Source: a virus | Taxonomy: Duplodnaviria > Caudoviricetes | Length of the DNA: 51,550 nt | IMG/VR virus record: IMGVR_UViG_3300027798_000056 | Location: 1 to 51,550 of that record | Reading direction: 5' to 3' (one strand) | Part shown: positions 43,511-51,550 of the stretch, piece after piece | Numbering within the stretch: the first letter of the stretch is position 1 | How the letters are laid out: the number at the start of each line of letters is the position of its first letter | Made by a program: the position numbers and the translations under genes | Notes under the pieces: model-generated | The model's database searches: none | The model's input: only the letters and a program-made list of their open reading frames with translations | Told to the model about the DNA's origin: nothing

Positions 43511-45985
43511 ATGTCACTAACAAATAAAGTAGTCCAATTTGACGCAGATAGTGATCTGGTCAATGAATGGGTACATGGAGGTCCAACTACCTCCATCACT
43601 ACAGACTCTGGTCCGGTACGTTCACCAGCCAAATTGATTGCTGATCTGAATGCTTCTATCAACGTGGATGCTGCTGGTGTCTTGGCTCAAGCTGTGGCAG
43701 TGGCTGCAAGTATCAATGTGGTGGGTGAAAAAGCTGTAGCTGTTGCTGCTATCAATACCAAGGTAGCAGAAGTGGAGGCACATAAGGTTGCTGGTAAAGC
43801 ACTCATTGATGCTGATGTAACTGCACTGGATACCTACCGTATTACTGCACAAGGCATCATTGACGCTGACGTAGCAGCACTAGATGCTTACCGTGTTGCA
43901 GGACAGGTATTGATTGACGCAGACACTGCTGCATTGGAAGCTCACAAAGTATCCAGCCAGTCTCTGATTGATGCTGATGTAAGTACTATTGAAGCACGCA
44001 AGACAGAAGCTCTGTTCACTGATATTCCTGCTGCTATTCTGACCATGCAGGCATACAACGAACGTGGTGCTTGGGCTACTGGTACTGCTTATGCCATCAA
44101 AGATGTGTATGTAGATGCAGGTATTGCCTATGTGGTGATCTTGGCTCATATCTCTACCAGTGTGGCTGCTGACTTGGCTGCAGGTAAAGTAGGTATTCAT
44201 CAAGGTGCCACGAAAGAAGAACTTGCTTCGCCCATTGGTGCATCTCTAGTGGGCTATCTACCTGCTGGAACAGGCGCAGTAGCAACCACAGTGCAGGACA
44301 AACTGCGTGAGCAGGTAAGCGTGTTTGATTCCATGACCGCCGCACAGATCGCAGATGCAAAAGCTGGTGTTTTTAATGCAGGCATCACCCCTGCCATTCA
44401 AGCAGCTATCGACAAAGTTGGCTTGGTTGGTGGCACCTTGTTGTTTCCTCCTGCTACTTATTTGGTGCACCTCGATTCGGTAAATACAAATGCTTCAACT
44501 TACTATGCGTGTGCTTTAAAAAACCCGTATTCAAATGTCAGGCTGGTCGGCTCTGGGTGTGGTTCAACAATCCTTAAAGCAAAAGATGCGCTAGGTGTTT
44601 ATGGTGTGCTGCAAATGGTGGTCACACCCATTGTGAATGGCACACCGGCAATCTCCAATAGCTCTGTTGAGCATATGACGATAGATGGAAATTACTCAGG
44701 CGCAACAACTGGTGCAGTTCCACTGATCTATGCAGTTGGTACGGTTAACTGCCTGTTTGACAATCTGATTGTCAAAAACAGCGCCCATTACGGCCTTGGT
44801 ATGCAAAATGGTGGGCATATTGGCACGACAGTGCAAAACTGCACCTTTGAGAATACCTTCCGCGATGGTATCGACGTAAAGAACAACGAGGGTTCAAGTG
44901 GGTCTGTTGGCAAGTCCCTGAAATTCATGAACCTTGTATTCAACAATTGCTGCCGGGGTGGTGACGCAAGTTTTGCATTTGCCATGTTGGATTTGATGAG
45001 TCCTGGTGTCATTGTTGACAACATTCATTTTCATGAAACGGGTGCAGAAGCTGGGCAACCTATCACAGATGCGTGTCTGCGTCTTAAGCCGGGAATTGAT
45101 GGGGATGGTGTTGGTCGTGGTATTGGTGGGCAATCTGCACTGATCTCCAATATCTACATCAACAAGCAAGCCGGATCAAAAGGAATCATGCATGGCATTG
45201 AGGTGCGTATGCCTTACGCCAAAATCAGCAATGTCCACATCCTTGGCGCGCTTGACGGTGGCGTGCGGATTATGCAGCCGTATTGCAGTGTATCTGGAGG
45301 CACCATCAACGGGGCAGTAGTCGGTGTGGAGTTGCGTGAAACAGTTGGTGCAACTACCTCTGTTTATCCGTTCACAGGTGCTGACGACTGCCGAGTAACA
45401 GGTATTGACTTTCTCAACAACACAACTGGCGTGTCGTCTGTGCAGGCCAGGGCACGCATTGACTGCAATACTTTTACGACAGTGACCACTGGCGTTGTGA
45501 CAAGTACATCAGGTTCTGGTAATTGCAGTATTGTTGGCAACACCTTTATCTCTGGCGTCACCATACCCATCAGCGTGGATACCAACCGGAACCATGAAAT
45601 CCGCGACAACAAAGGTGCGCAGGGCATTATTTCATGGTCTATTTCAACCGCCGGAACATTAGCCAATCATTCGTTTGCGGTTGGAAACCAATTCAGTTTT
45701 TGCACCGGTTGGGACGGTAGTAATTACGCTGCGACATATGAGCAATTCCGGGTAGGACATATTGCAAACGCAGTAAATTACTGGAAGATTTTTGGAAGCA
45801 CCGCAGGCCAGCCACCACAGTTGCAGGCGCAAGGTACTGATACTGATATTGATTTACGGTTTGTGCCAAAAGGTGCGGGACGTATGCGCTTTGGAACACA
45901 TACCGCCAATGCAGATGCAGCGATTACAGGTTACGTGGAAATCAAGGATGCGTCTGGGGTGGTTAGAAAACTAGCCGTGATCTAA
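43511..45985 (+). CDS. Tailspike/depolymerase 2 (anchor, coiled coil, beta-helix)
   Basis: KLREQVSVFD, AIQAAID..GGTLLFP..TY, IDGN; AAGGAG RBS. Confidence 0.85.
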   Translation: MSLTNKVVQFDADSDLVNEWVHGGPTTSITTDSGPVRSPAKLIADLNASINVDAAGVLAQAVAVAASINVVGEKAVAVAAINTKVAEVEAHKVAGKALIDADVTALDTYRITAQGIIDADVAALDAYRVAGQVLIDADTAALEAHKVSSQSLIDADVSTIEARKTEALFTDIPAAILTMQAYNERGAWATGTAYAIKDVYVDAGIAYVVILAHISTSVAADLAAGKVGIHQGATKEELASPIGASLVGYLPAGTGAVATTVQDKLREQVSVFDSMTAAQIADAKAGVFNAGITPAIQAAIDKVGLVGGTLLFPPATYLVHLDSVNTNASTYYACALKNPYSNVRLVGSGCGSTILKAKDALGVYGVLQMVVTPIVNGTPAISNSSVEHMTIDGNYSGATTGAVPLIYAVGTVNCLFDNLIVKNSAHYGLGMQNGGHIGTTVQNCTFENTFRDGIDVKNNEGSSGSVGKSLKFMNLVFNNCCRGGDASFAFAMLDLMSPGVIVDNIHFHETGAEAGQPITDACLRLKPGIDGDGVGRGIGGQSALISNIYINKQAGSKGIMHGIEVRMPYAKISNVHILGALDGGVRIMQPYCSVSGGTINGAVVGVELRETVGATTSVYPFTGADDCRVTGIDFLNNTTGVSSVQARARIDCNTFTTVTTGVVTSTSGSGNCSIVGNTFISGVTIPISVDTNRNHEIRDNKGAQGIISWSISTAGTLANHSFAVGNQFSFCTGWDGSNYAATYEQFRVGHIANAVNYWKIFGSTAGQPPQLQAQGTDTDIDLRFVPKGAGRMRFGTHTANADAAITGYVEIKDASGVVRKLAVI
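43805..44020 (+). repeat. Four 54-bp (18-aa) repeats IDADxxxL/I
   Basis: ATTGAYGCWGAY at 43805, 43859, 43913, 43967. Confidence 0.8.
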
Positions 45986-46048
45986 GGTGCAACCATGCTT
46001 AACTTCTTAATCTGGATCGACATCAAGCTGTTTTGGGGAAAGCGTTAA

Positions 46049-46495
46049 ATGACACGTCCACAAAAAATGCTCAGAGCGTTAAGTGCTGCACTCTGGGATT
46101 CTGATCTGATCAGTTCTCGTTTGACGCTTGCTTTTGGTGAGTTCTTTTGGGCTGTCATGTTGTTCTGGCCAGGGAATACTTTTAGTAGACCCGCGTACAA
46201 CCACATGGCGCTCATCATGAATGAAGAAATGTGGGCTGTTCTTTTCCTAGTGTCTTGTATGACGCAAGTAACCATCGTATTGATGGATGATATGCACTCA
46301 ACATTCGCCCGATACTTTGCTTGTTGGAATGCAGGATTATGGATATACACTGTGTATTCTATAATGGCATCTGTGTATCCACCTCCTGCAGCTATTGGTG
46401 GGGAGCTTGCTCTAGCCCTCTCTGCCTGTTGGATTTGGTTGCGTCCTTACATATTAGCTAAAGGATACCGCCGTGCTTACCAACCAACAACGTGA
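46049..46495 (+). CDS. Multi-TM membrane protein (lysis region)
   Basis: Four hydrophobic segments. Confidence 0.65.
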   Translation: MTRPQKMLRALSAALWDSDLISSRLTLAFGEFFWAVMLFWPGNTFSRPAYNHMALIMNEEMWAVLFLVSCMTQVTIVLMDDMHSTFARYFACWNAGLWIYTVYSIMASVYPPPAAIGGELALALSACWIWLRPYILAKGYRRAYQPTT

Positions 46496-46856
46496 CCCCC
46501 GTGAATCAAAGGCTATTCGCATCCGACAAAGTGATACTTGTCCGTCGAGTAATGAACCCTTTGATCCAGAACACTGTGCTGTTTCCTCAGATGTACGCAC
46601 ACGTTTAGCTACTGTAGAACGTGAGCTTACTTTGATTAAATCAGCGTTTGTGTTGAATGATTTGAACTTGCCTGACTTTGATGGCCACCGAAGTGACCAC
46701 AGAATTCGCAAGGAAGCAGCCAAAGTAATGGAGAATTACAAGATCACTGCCACCCACAAAGTCATTGCTGCTGTTATGGCAGCAATAGTGTTGTTCTTTT
46801 CTTCTGGAATTACAACTAGAATTCAAGCTATTGTGCAAACCAAGGAAATTAAGTGA
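46473..46856 (+). CDS. Membrane-anchored protein (holin/antiholin candidate)
   Basis: Single C-terminal TM segment; directly upstream of the lysozyme. Confidence 0.55.
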   Translation: MLTNQQRDPRESKAIRIRQSDTCPSSNEPFDPEHCAVSSDVRTRLATVERELTLIKSAFVLNDLNLPDFDGHRSDHRIRKEAAKVMENYKITATHKVIAAVMAAIVLFFSSGITTRIQAIVQTKEIK

Positions 46857-47278
46857 TTACAAACCTGACTGAACAACTTCGCCGTGATGAAGGTGAAGTT
46901 CTTCACGCTTATCAAGATCATCTTGGCTTCTGGACAATGGGAGTTGGTCGTTTAATTGACAAGCGTAAAGGTGGTGGTATTACTGTTGCAGAGTCTGCAT
47001 ATCTGTTGGGTAATGACATTACAACAAAGACTTCTGGGCTGGTTGCTTCTATTCCTTGGGTTGAACAATTGGACCCAGTGCGCCGTGCTGTGCTACAAAA
47101 CATGGCATTTCAAATGGGTGTAGAGGGTTTGCTTGGTTTTAAGAACACTCTGAACTTCATTAAGAATGGCAACTATGCACAAGCTGCCTTGAATATGCAA
47201 ATGAGCAAATGGCACAGTCAAACACCAGAGCGTTCTGACCGTTTGATTAAACAAATGATTACAGGGGAGTGGCAGTAA
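46853..47278 (+). CDS. Endolysin, GH24/T4-type lysozyme
   Basis: RDEG....YQDHLG.WTMGVGRLI (E-D-T triad), NMAFQMG, SKWH.QTP.R. Confidence 0.9.
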   Translation: MITNLTEQLRRDEGEVLHAYQDHLGFWTMGVGRLIDKRKGGGITVAESAYLLGNDITTKTSGLVASIPWVEQLDPVRRAVLQNMAFQMGVEGLLGFKNTLNFIKNGNYAQAALNMQMSKWHSQTPERSDRLIKQMITGEWQ

Positions 47279-47787
47279 TGGAATTTCTGAAGACACTTGT
47301 ACCCATGTTGGGTACTGCATTGGGTGGCCCTTTTGGTGGCATTGCTGCTGGATTCATTGCAGAGAAGCTTGGTCTTGAAGGTAAGACTGTTGATGCTGTA
47401 ACCAAAGCATTGGGTGACAGCAAGATGACTGCTGATCAAGTAACTGCCATTAAACTTGCAGAGATTGATTTCACTAAGTTCTTGGCTCAAAATGAAATTA
47501 CCATTGCTCAACTTGAAGTGACAAACACTCAAGGTGCACGGGAAATGCAGATGGCCGTGAAAAGTAATACTCCAGATATTCTGGCTGTGATTATTGTGTC
47601 TGGATTCTTTGGTATCTTGGTTGCCATGATGATGGGATTGCTAACAGTATCTGACCAACAAGCATTGCTTATTCTTCTTGGTTCCTTAAGTGCTGGCTTC
47701 GGTGCAGTATTAAATTTCTTTTTTGGTTCCAGTCGAGGTTCACAAAACAAAGATGTACTTTTGGCACAGAGCGCCCCACAGAAATAA
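47269..47787 (+). CDS. Holin-like membrane protein
   Basis: P.LGTALGGP.G, two TM segments, FFFGSS.GS..K. Confidence 0.65.
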   Translation: MAVMEFLKTLVPMLGTALGGPFGGIAAGFIAEKLGLEGKTVDAVTKALGDSKMTADQVTAIKLAEIDFTKFLAQNEITIAQLEVTNTQGAREMQMAVKSNTPDILAVIIVSGFFGILVAMMMGLLTVSDQQALLILLGSLSAGFGAVLNFFFGSSRGSQNKDVLLAQSAPQK

Positions 47788-47803
47788 TAACTGAGTACTG
47801 AAT

Positions 47804-50041
47804 ATGACTGATGATTCTTTGAACCATGACGAACCAAAACAAACAATTGGTAATGTTCCTCTAGACCCTAACCAGTCTGCCAAGATTACTTCTTGGAAGA
47901 AGGAACCTTCTATTGCTCAACTCAAGTACGACATGGAACAAGCTGCTGGTGCACACAGTGCCCAAATGCTGAAGATTGGTGCTTGGAATGATTTGATGGC
48001 AGTGAAGGGTAAGGCACGTCCTACCAAAGTAAAAGGTCGTTCGTCAGTGCAGCCTAAACTTATTCGGCGTCAGGCTGAGTGGCGTTATTCTGCTTTGACT
48101 GAACCTTTTCTTGGGACCAACAAACTCTACAAAATCAGTCCCCAGACTTTTGAAGATGCTCGATCTGCCAAGCAAAATGAACTGTTGTTGAATTACCAGT
48201 TCCGCACCAAGCTCAACAGGGTTAACTTAATTGATGACTTTGTTCGTGCAACGGTGGATGAAGGTACTTGTATCCTTCGTGTGGGTTGGAATCGCAAGAC
48301 CGTCATGGTCAAAGAGATGGCCCCTGTGTACTCGTATTTCCCTGTGCAAACACAGGAACAGATACAAGCTCTTCAGCAAGGCATGGAGATGAAACAGACT
48401 GACCCCCGTATGTATGAGGAAGAGGCTGATCCTGCATTAAAAGCATCACTCGACTACTACGAAGAGACTGGCCAAACAGTCATGGCTCAACAAACTGGTG
48501 AACAGGAAGTTGAAGTTGAAAAGGTTGTCTTTAATCACCCTACTGTGGAAGTCATGAACCCCGAGAACGTGGTGATTGATCCTTCATGCAATGGTGATGT
48601 GCTTAAAGCAAAGTTTGCTGTAGTCTCCTTTGAGACTTGTAAAGCAGACCTTGAATCTGAGAAGGATCGTTACACCAATTTGGATAAAGTGAATTGGGCA
48701 AATGCTGCTCCACTGTCTGACAGTGAGTTTGCAACCAAGACACCGACTAACTTTCAATTCCAAGATGCACCACGCAAAAAGGTTGTAGCGTATGAGTATT
48801 GGGGTTTCTATGATATTCATGGTAAGGGGGAACTGACCAGTATCGTAGCTACTTGGATTGGCAATATCATGATTCGTATGGAAGAAAATCCATATCCTGA
48901 TAAAGCACTCCCCTTTGTTATCTCTAAGTATCTCCCAGTCAAACGTGAGTTGTACGGTGAGCCTGATGCTGAGTTGCTGGAAGATAACCAAGCAATCTTG
49001 GGGGCAGTATCTCGTGGCATGATTGATTTGTTGGGCCGTTCAGCCAATGGTCAACAAGGTTTTGCTAAGGGTATGTTGGACCCATTGAATCGTCGCCGTT
49101 ATGAGAATGGTCAAGACTACGAATTTAACCCGACAGTTACCCCACAAGCAGGATTGATTGAGCACAAATACCCTGAACTTCCGCAGTCAGCTTTGATGAT
49201 GTTGAATCTTCAGAACCAAGAAGCTGAAGCACTGACTGGTGTGAAATCTTTTGGTGGTGGTATCTCTGGTGCTGCTTATGGTGATGTGGCTGCTGGCATC
49301 CGTGGAGTATTGGATGCAGCTTCCAAACGTGAGATGGCAATTCTTCGTCGTTTGGCCAAAGCAATTGCTGATGTTGGGTACAAGATCATCAAGATGAATG
49401 CGGTGTTTCTGTCAGACAAAGAAGTGGTTCGTGTGACCAACACTGAGTTTGTGGAAATCAAACGTGATGATCTGGCTGGTGACTTCGACCTTGAGGTGGA
49501 TATTTCCACGGCTGAAGTTGATGACGCCAAAGCTAAAGACTTGGCTTTCATGATTCAAACGATTGGTCCCAATGCAGGCCAAGAGATTACATTCATGGTG
49601 ATGGCTGAAATTGCTGACTTGAAACGTATGCCTGCATTGGCAGAGAAACTTCGTCGCTACAAACCAGAACCAACACCAGAACAACAAGAGTTGGCTAAGC
49701 TTGAGGTGGAAGAGAAGCGTGCTTTGGTTGCTAAGATCATGTCTGAAGTTGCCATGAATGAAGCCAAGGCTGAAGAATCTAAATCCAAGAAGGATGCTCT
49801 TGACTTGAACTATGTGGAACAGGATACTGGTACACACCATGCTCGTGATATGGAACGCATGAAAGCACAAGCAGAGGGTAATCAGAATCTTCAGATTACT
49901 AAAGCACTAACTACAGCAAAGAAAGAAGGGGAACAAGCTCCTGATTTAGCTGCAGCCATTGGATTCAACCAAGTTAGTGATAAACTTAATGATGCACCAA
50001 GGCAAGGTTATTCTTCTCTTGGTTCAAATCTCTCCCTTTAA
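47804..50041 (+). CDS. Portal protein (N4 gp59-like)
   Basis: [38 protein letters not shown]. Confidence 0.9.
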   Translation: MTDDSLNHDEPKQTIGNVPLDPNQSAKITSWKKEPSIAQLKYDMEQAAGAHSAQMLKIGAWNDLMAVKGKARPTKVKGRSSVQPKLIRRQAEWRYSALTEPFLGTNKLYKISPQTFEDARSAKQNELLLNYQFRTKLNRVNLIDDFVRATVDEGTCILRVGWNRKTVMVKEMAPVYSYFPVQTQEQIQALQQGMEMKQTDPRMYEEEADPALKASLDYYEETGQTVMAQQTGEQEVEVEKVVFNHPTVEVMNPENVVIDPSCNGDVLKAKFAVVSFETCKADLESEKDRYTNLDKVNWANAAPLSDSEFATKTPTNFQFQDAPRKKVVAYEYWGFYDIHGKGELTSIVATWIGNIMIRMEENPYPDKALPFVISKYLPVKRELYGEPDAELLEDNQAILGAVSRGMIDLLGRSANGQQGFAKGMLDPLNRRRYENGQDYEFNPTVTPQAGLIEHKYPELPQSALMMLNLQNQEAEALTGVKSFGGGISGAAYGDVAAGIRGVLDAASKREMAILRRLAKAIADVGYKIIKMNAVFLSDKEVVRVTNTEFVEIKRDDLAGDFDLEVDISTAEVDDAKAKDLAFMIQTIGPNAGQEITFMVMAEIADLKRMPALAEKLRRYKPEPTPEQQELAKLEVEEKRALVAKIMSEVAMNEAKAEESKSKKDALDLNYVEQDTGTHHARDMERMKAQAEGNQNLQITKALTTAKKEGEQAPDLAAAIGFNQVSDKLNDAPRQGYSSLGSNLSL

Positions 50042-50064
50042 CCCTTATAGAAAGACCATTCAGC

Positions 50065-50421
50065 ATGTCTGAAGTCACCGTACAACAACTGGAAACTCAA
50101 CGTGAAGCCATGAAACAGGCAGTTGAAATGCGTCAAGCAGTTCAACGTCTGACACAGAATGCAGACTTCCGTAAAGTAATCAACGAGCAGTTCATGGAGA
50201 AAGAATGTGCACGTTATGTGCAAGCTTCTGCTGATCCTGCATTAAGTGAGCGCAATCAGAAAGATGCTTTGGCTATTGCTCAAGCTGCTGGACATTTGAA
50301 GCGTTACCTGTCCGTGCTTATCCAGATGGGTAATGCTGCAGAGAATGAGCTTGGCTCCATTGACAATGCTCTGGATGAAGCTCGTGCAGAGACTGCTGAC
50401 ATTACAGACGTGCTGGAGTAA
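50065..50421 (+). CDS. N4 gp58-like protein
   Basis: L..N.DF.KVI...F...E.AR.V; synteny. Confidence 0.75.
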   Translation: MSEVTVQQLETQREAMKQAVEMRQAVQRLTQNADFRKVINEQFMEKECARYVQASADPALSERNQKDALAIAQAAGHLKRYLSVLIQMGNAAENELGSIDNALDEARAETADITDVLE

Positions 50422-50426
50422 CCAAC

Positions 50427-51550
50427 ATGGCTATTCTCGATGATGAAGCTTTCTTGAATGAGGCTCCCCCTGCAGTTACTCAAGAGGTAACTGAAACTAT
50501 TGAAACTCCAGAGACTGTTGTAGAGACTCCTACTCCTGAGACTCAAGAAGTAGTAGAGACTCCTGCAGTGGAGTCAGAAGCAGAAACACCTGCTTCTGGG
50601 GAGACTGTTGAATTGCCGAACCAAGAGAATGGGGAAGCAGATGATGCTATCAGTCTTCCAAAGGCTGATGCTCCAGTTACTGAACCTGTGGTTAAACCCG
50701 TTGTTGCAACTGAGGCAGTGCCTGAAGTTGTGAACTTTGAAGCCAAGTACAAAGAAGCTATGGCTCCTTTGAAGGCTAACGGCAAGACCATTGAGATTCA
50801 GTCAATGGATGAATTGCGACAGCTTGCTTCAATGGGTGCAAACTTCACCCGGAAGATGCAAGACATCGCCCCGCATCGCAAGATTCTTGCTATGTTGGAA
50901 AACAATGGTCTGCTCGATGAAGCGAAGTTATCTTTCTTCATTGACTTGGACAAAAAGAATCCAGAAGCCCTCAAGAAACTGATTAAAGATTCAGGTGTTG
51001 ATCCGCTGGATATTGATGTGAGCAGTGAACCCGCTTATAAGGCAGGCAATCACGCAGTGAGTGACAGTGAGATTGCGTTTCGTGCAGTGTTGGAAGACTT
51101 ACAGTCCACCCCAACTGGCCAAGAAACCATCTCATTGATTAACTCATCGTGGGATCAAGCCTCTAAAGAAGAGTTGTGGAAAGCTCCAGAAGTAATGGCT
51201 ACGATTCAACAGCAAAGAGAAAATGGTATCTACGATACTATCTCCGCTGAAATCAACCGTCAGGCAATGTTGGGCAAGATTCCTGCGGGTACTCCATTCA
51301 TTCAAGCTTACTTGAGTGTAGGTAATGAGTTGAATACTCGCGGTGTGTTTACTAATTTAAATGCACCAAACAACAAAGGTGTGCAAAATGCGCCTACGCA
51401 AACTATTGCATCTGTTAATGCGCCAGTAGCTACCCGTGTGGTGGCTCCTAAACCGCAAGTGACAAATGGTGCAGCAGCAAATGCAGCAGCCTCTACACGC
51501 CAAACCCAAAAACGTGTGTTACCTGTCGTGAATCTGCAAAGTATGAGCGA
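50427..51550 (+). CDS. N4 gp57-like head protein (scaffold-like), truncated by the window end
   Basis: ATG at 50427; acidic N-terminus; APLKANGK...LASMGANFTRKMQ; absent from the ORF track because it has no stop. Confidence 0.8.
   Translation, partial: MAILDDEAFLNEAPPAVTQEVTETIETPETVVETPTPETQEVVETPAVESEAETPASGETVELPNQENGEADDAISLPKADAPVTEPVVKPVVATEAVPEVVNFEAKYKEAMAPLKANGKTIEIQSMDELRQLASMGANFTRKMQDIAPHRKILAMLENNGLLDEAKLSFFIDLDKKNPEALKKLIKDSGVDPLDIDVSSEPAYKAGNHAVSDSEIAFRAVLEDLQSTPTGQETISLINSSWDQASKEELWKAPEVMATIQQQRENGIYDTISAEINRQAMLGKIPAGTPFIQAYLSVGNELNTRGVFTNLNAPNNKGVQNAPTQTIASVNAPVATRVVAPKPQVTNGAAANAAASTRQTQKRVLPVVNLQSMS

Noticed and set aside
45996-46049. 17-aa ORF MLNFLIWIDIKLFWGKR
   Set aside because: Too short to support; may be a gene remnant

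Overview
A 51.5 kb piece of an N4-like phage genome (Schitoviridae). The assembly appears to run through the physical genome ends at about 36.1-36.9 kb. The minus strand (1-36.1 kb) carries, read right to left: gp1/gp2 homologues with three virion-RNAP hairpin promoters, an early accessory island (NADAR-like, macro-like, YkgJ, two SLOG proteins, H-NS, a gp49/Sf6-gp66 protein), a two-subunit RNAP II, an RNA ligase, an AAA+/vWA pair, ThyX, rIIA/rIIB, dUTPase, helicase, a family-A DNA polymerase split in two around a class II ribonucleotide reductase, nuclease, primase, AAA, SSB, RusA and five tRNAs. The plus strand (37 kb to end) carries terminase, an adaptor, two beta-helix tailspikes, lysis genes, portal, gp58 and a truncated gp57. 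The most unusual observations are: (1) the fractured DNA polymerase with nrdJ nested between terminators; (2) a genome-wide over-represented heptamer GAACCAA/TTGGTTC; (3) vRNAP promoter hairpins built with tandem G.A mismatches; (4) a probable nucleotide/ADP-ribose counter-defence island; (5) structured non-tRNA spacers. All family calls come from motif recognition and synteny, not from database searches.
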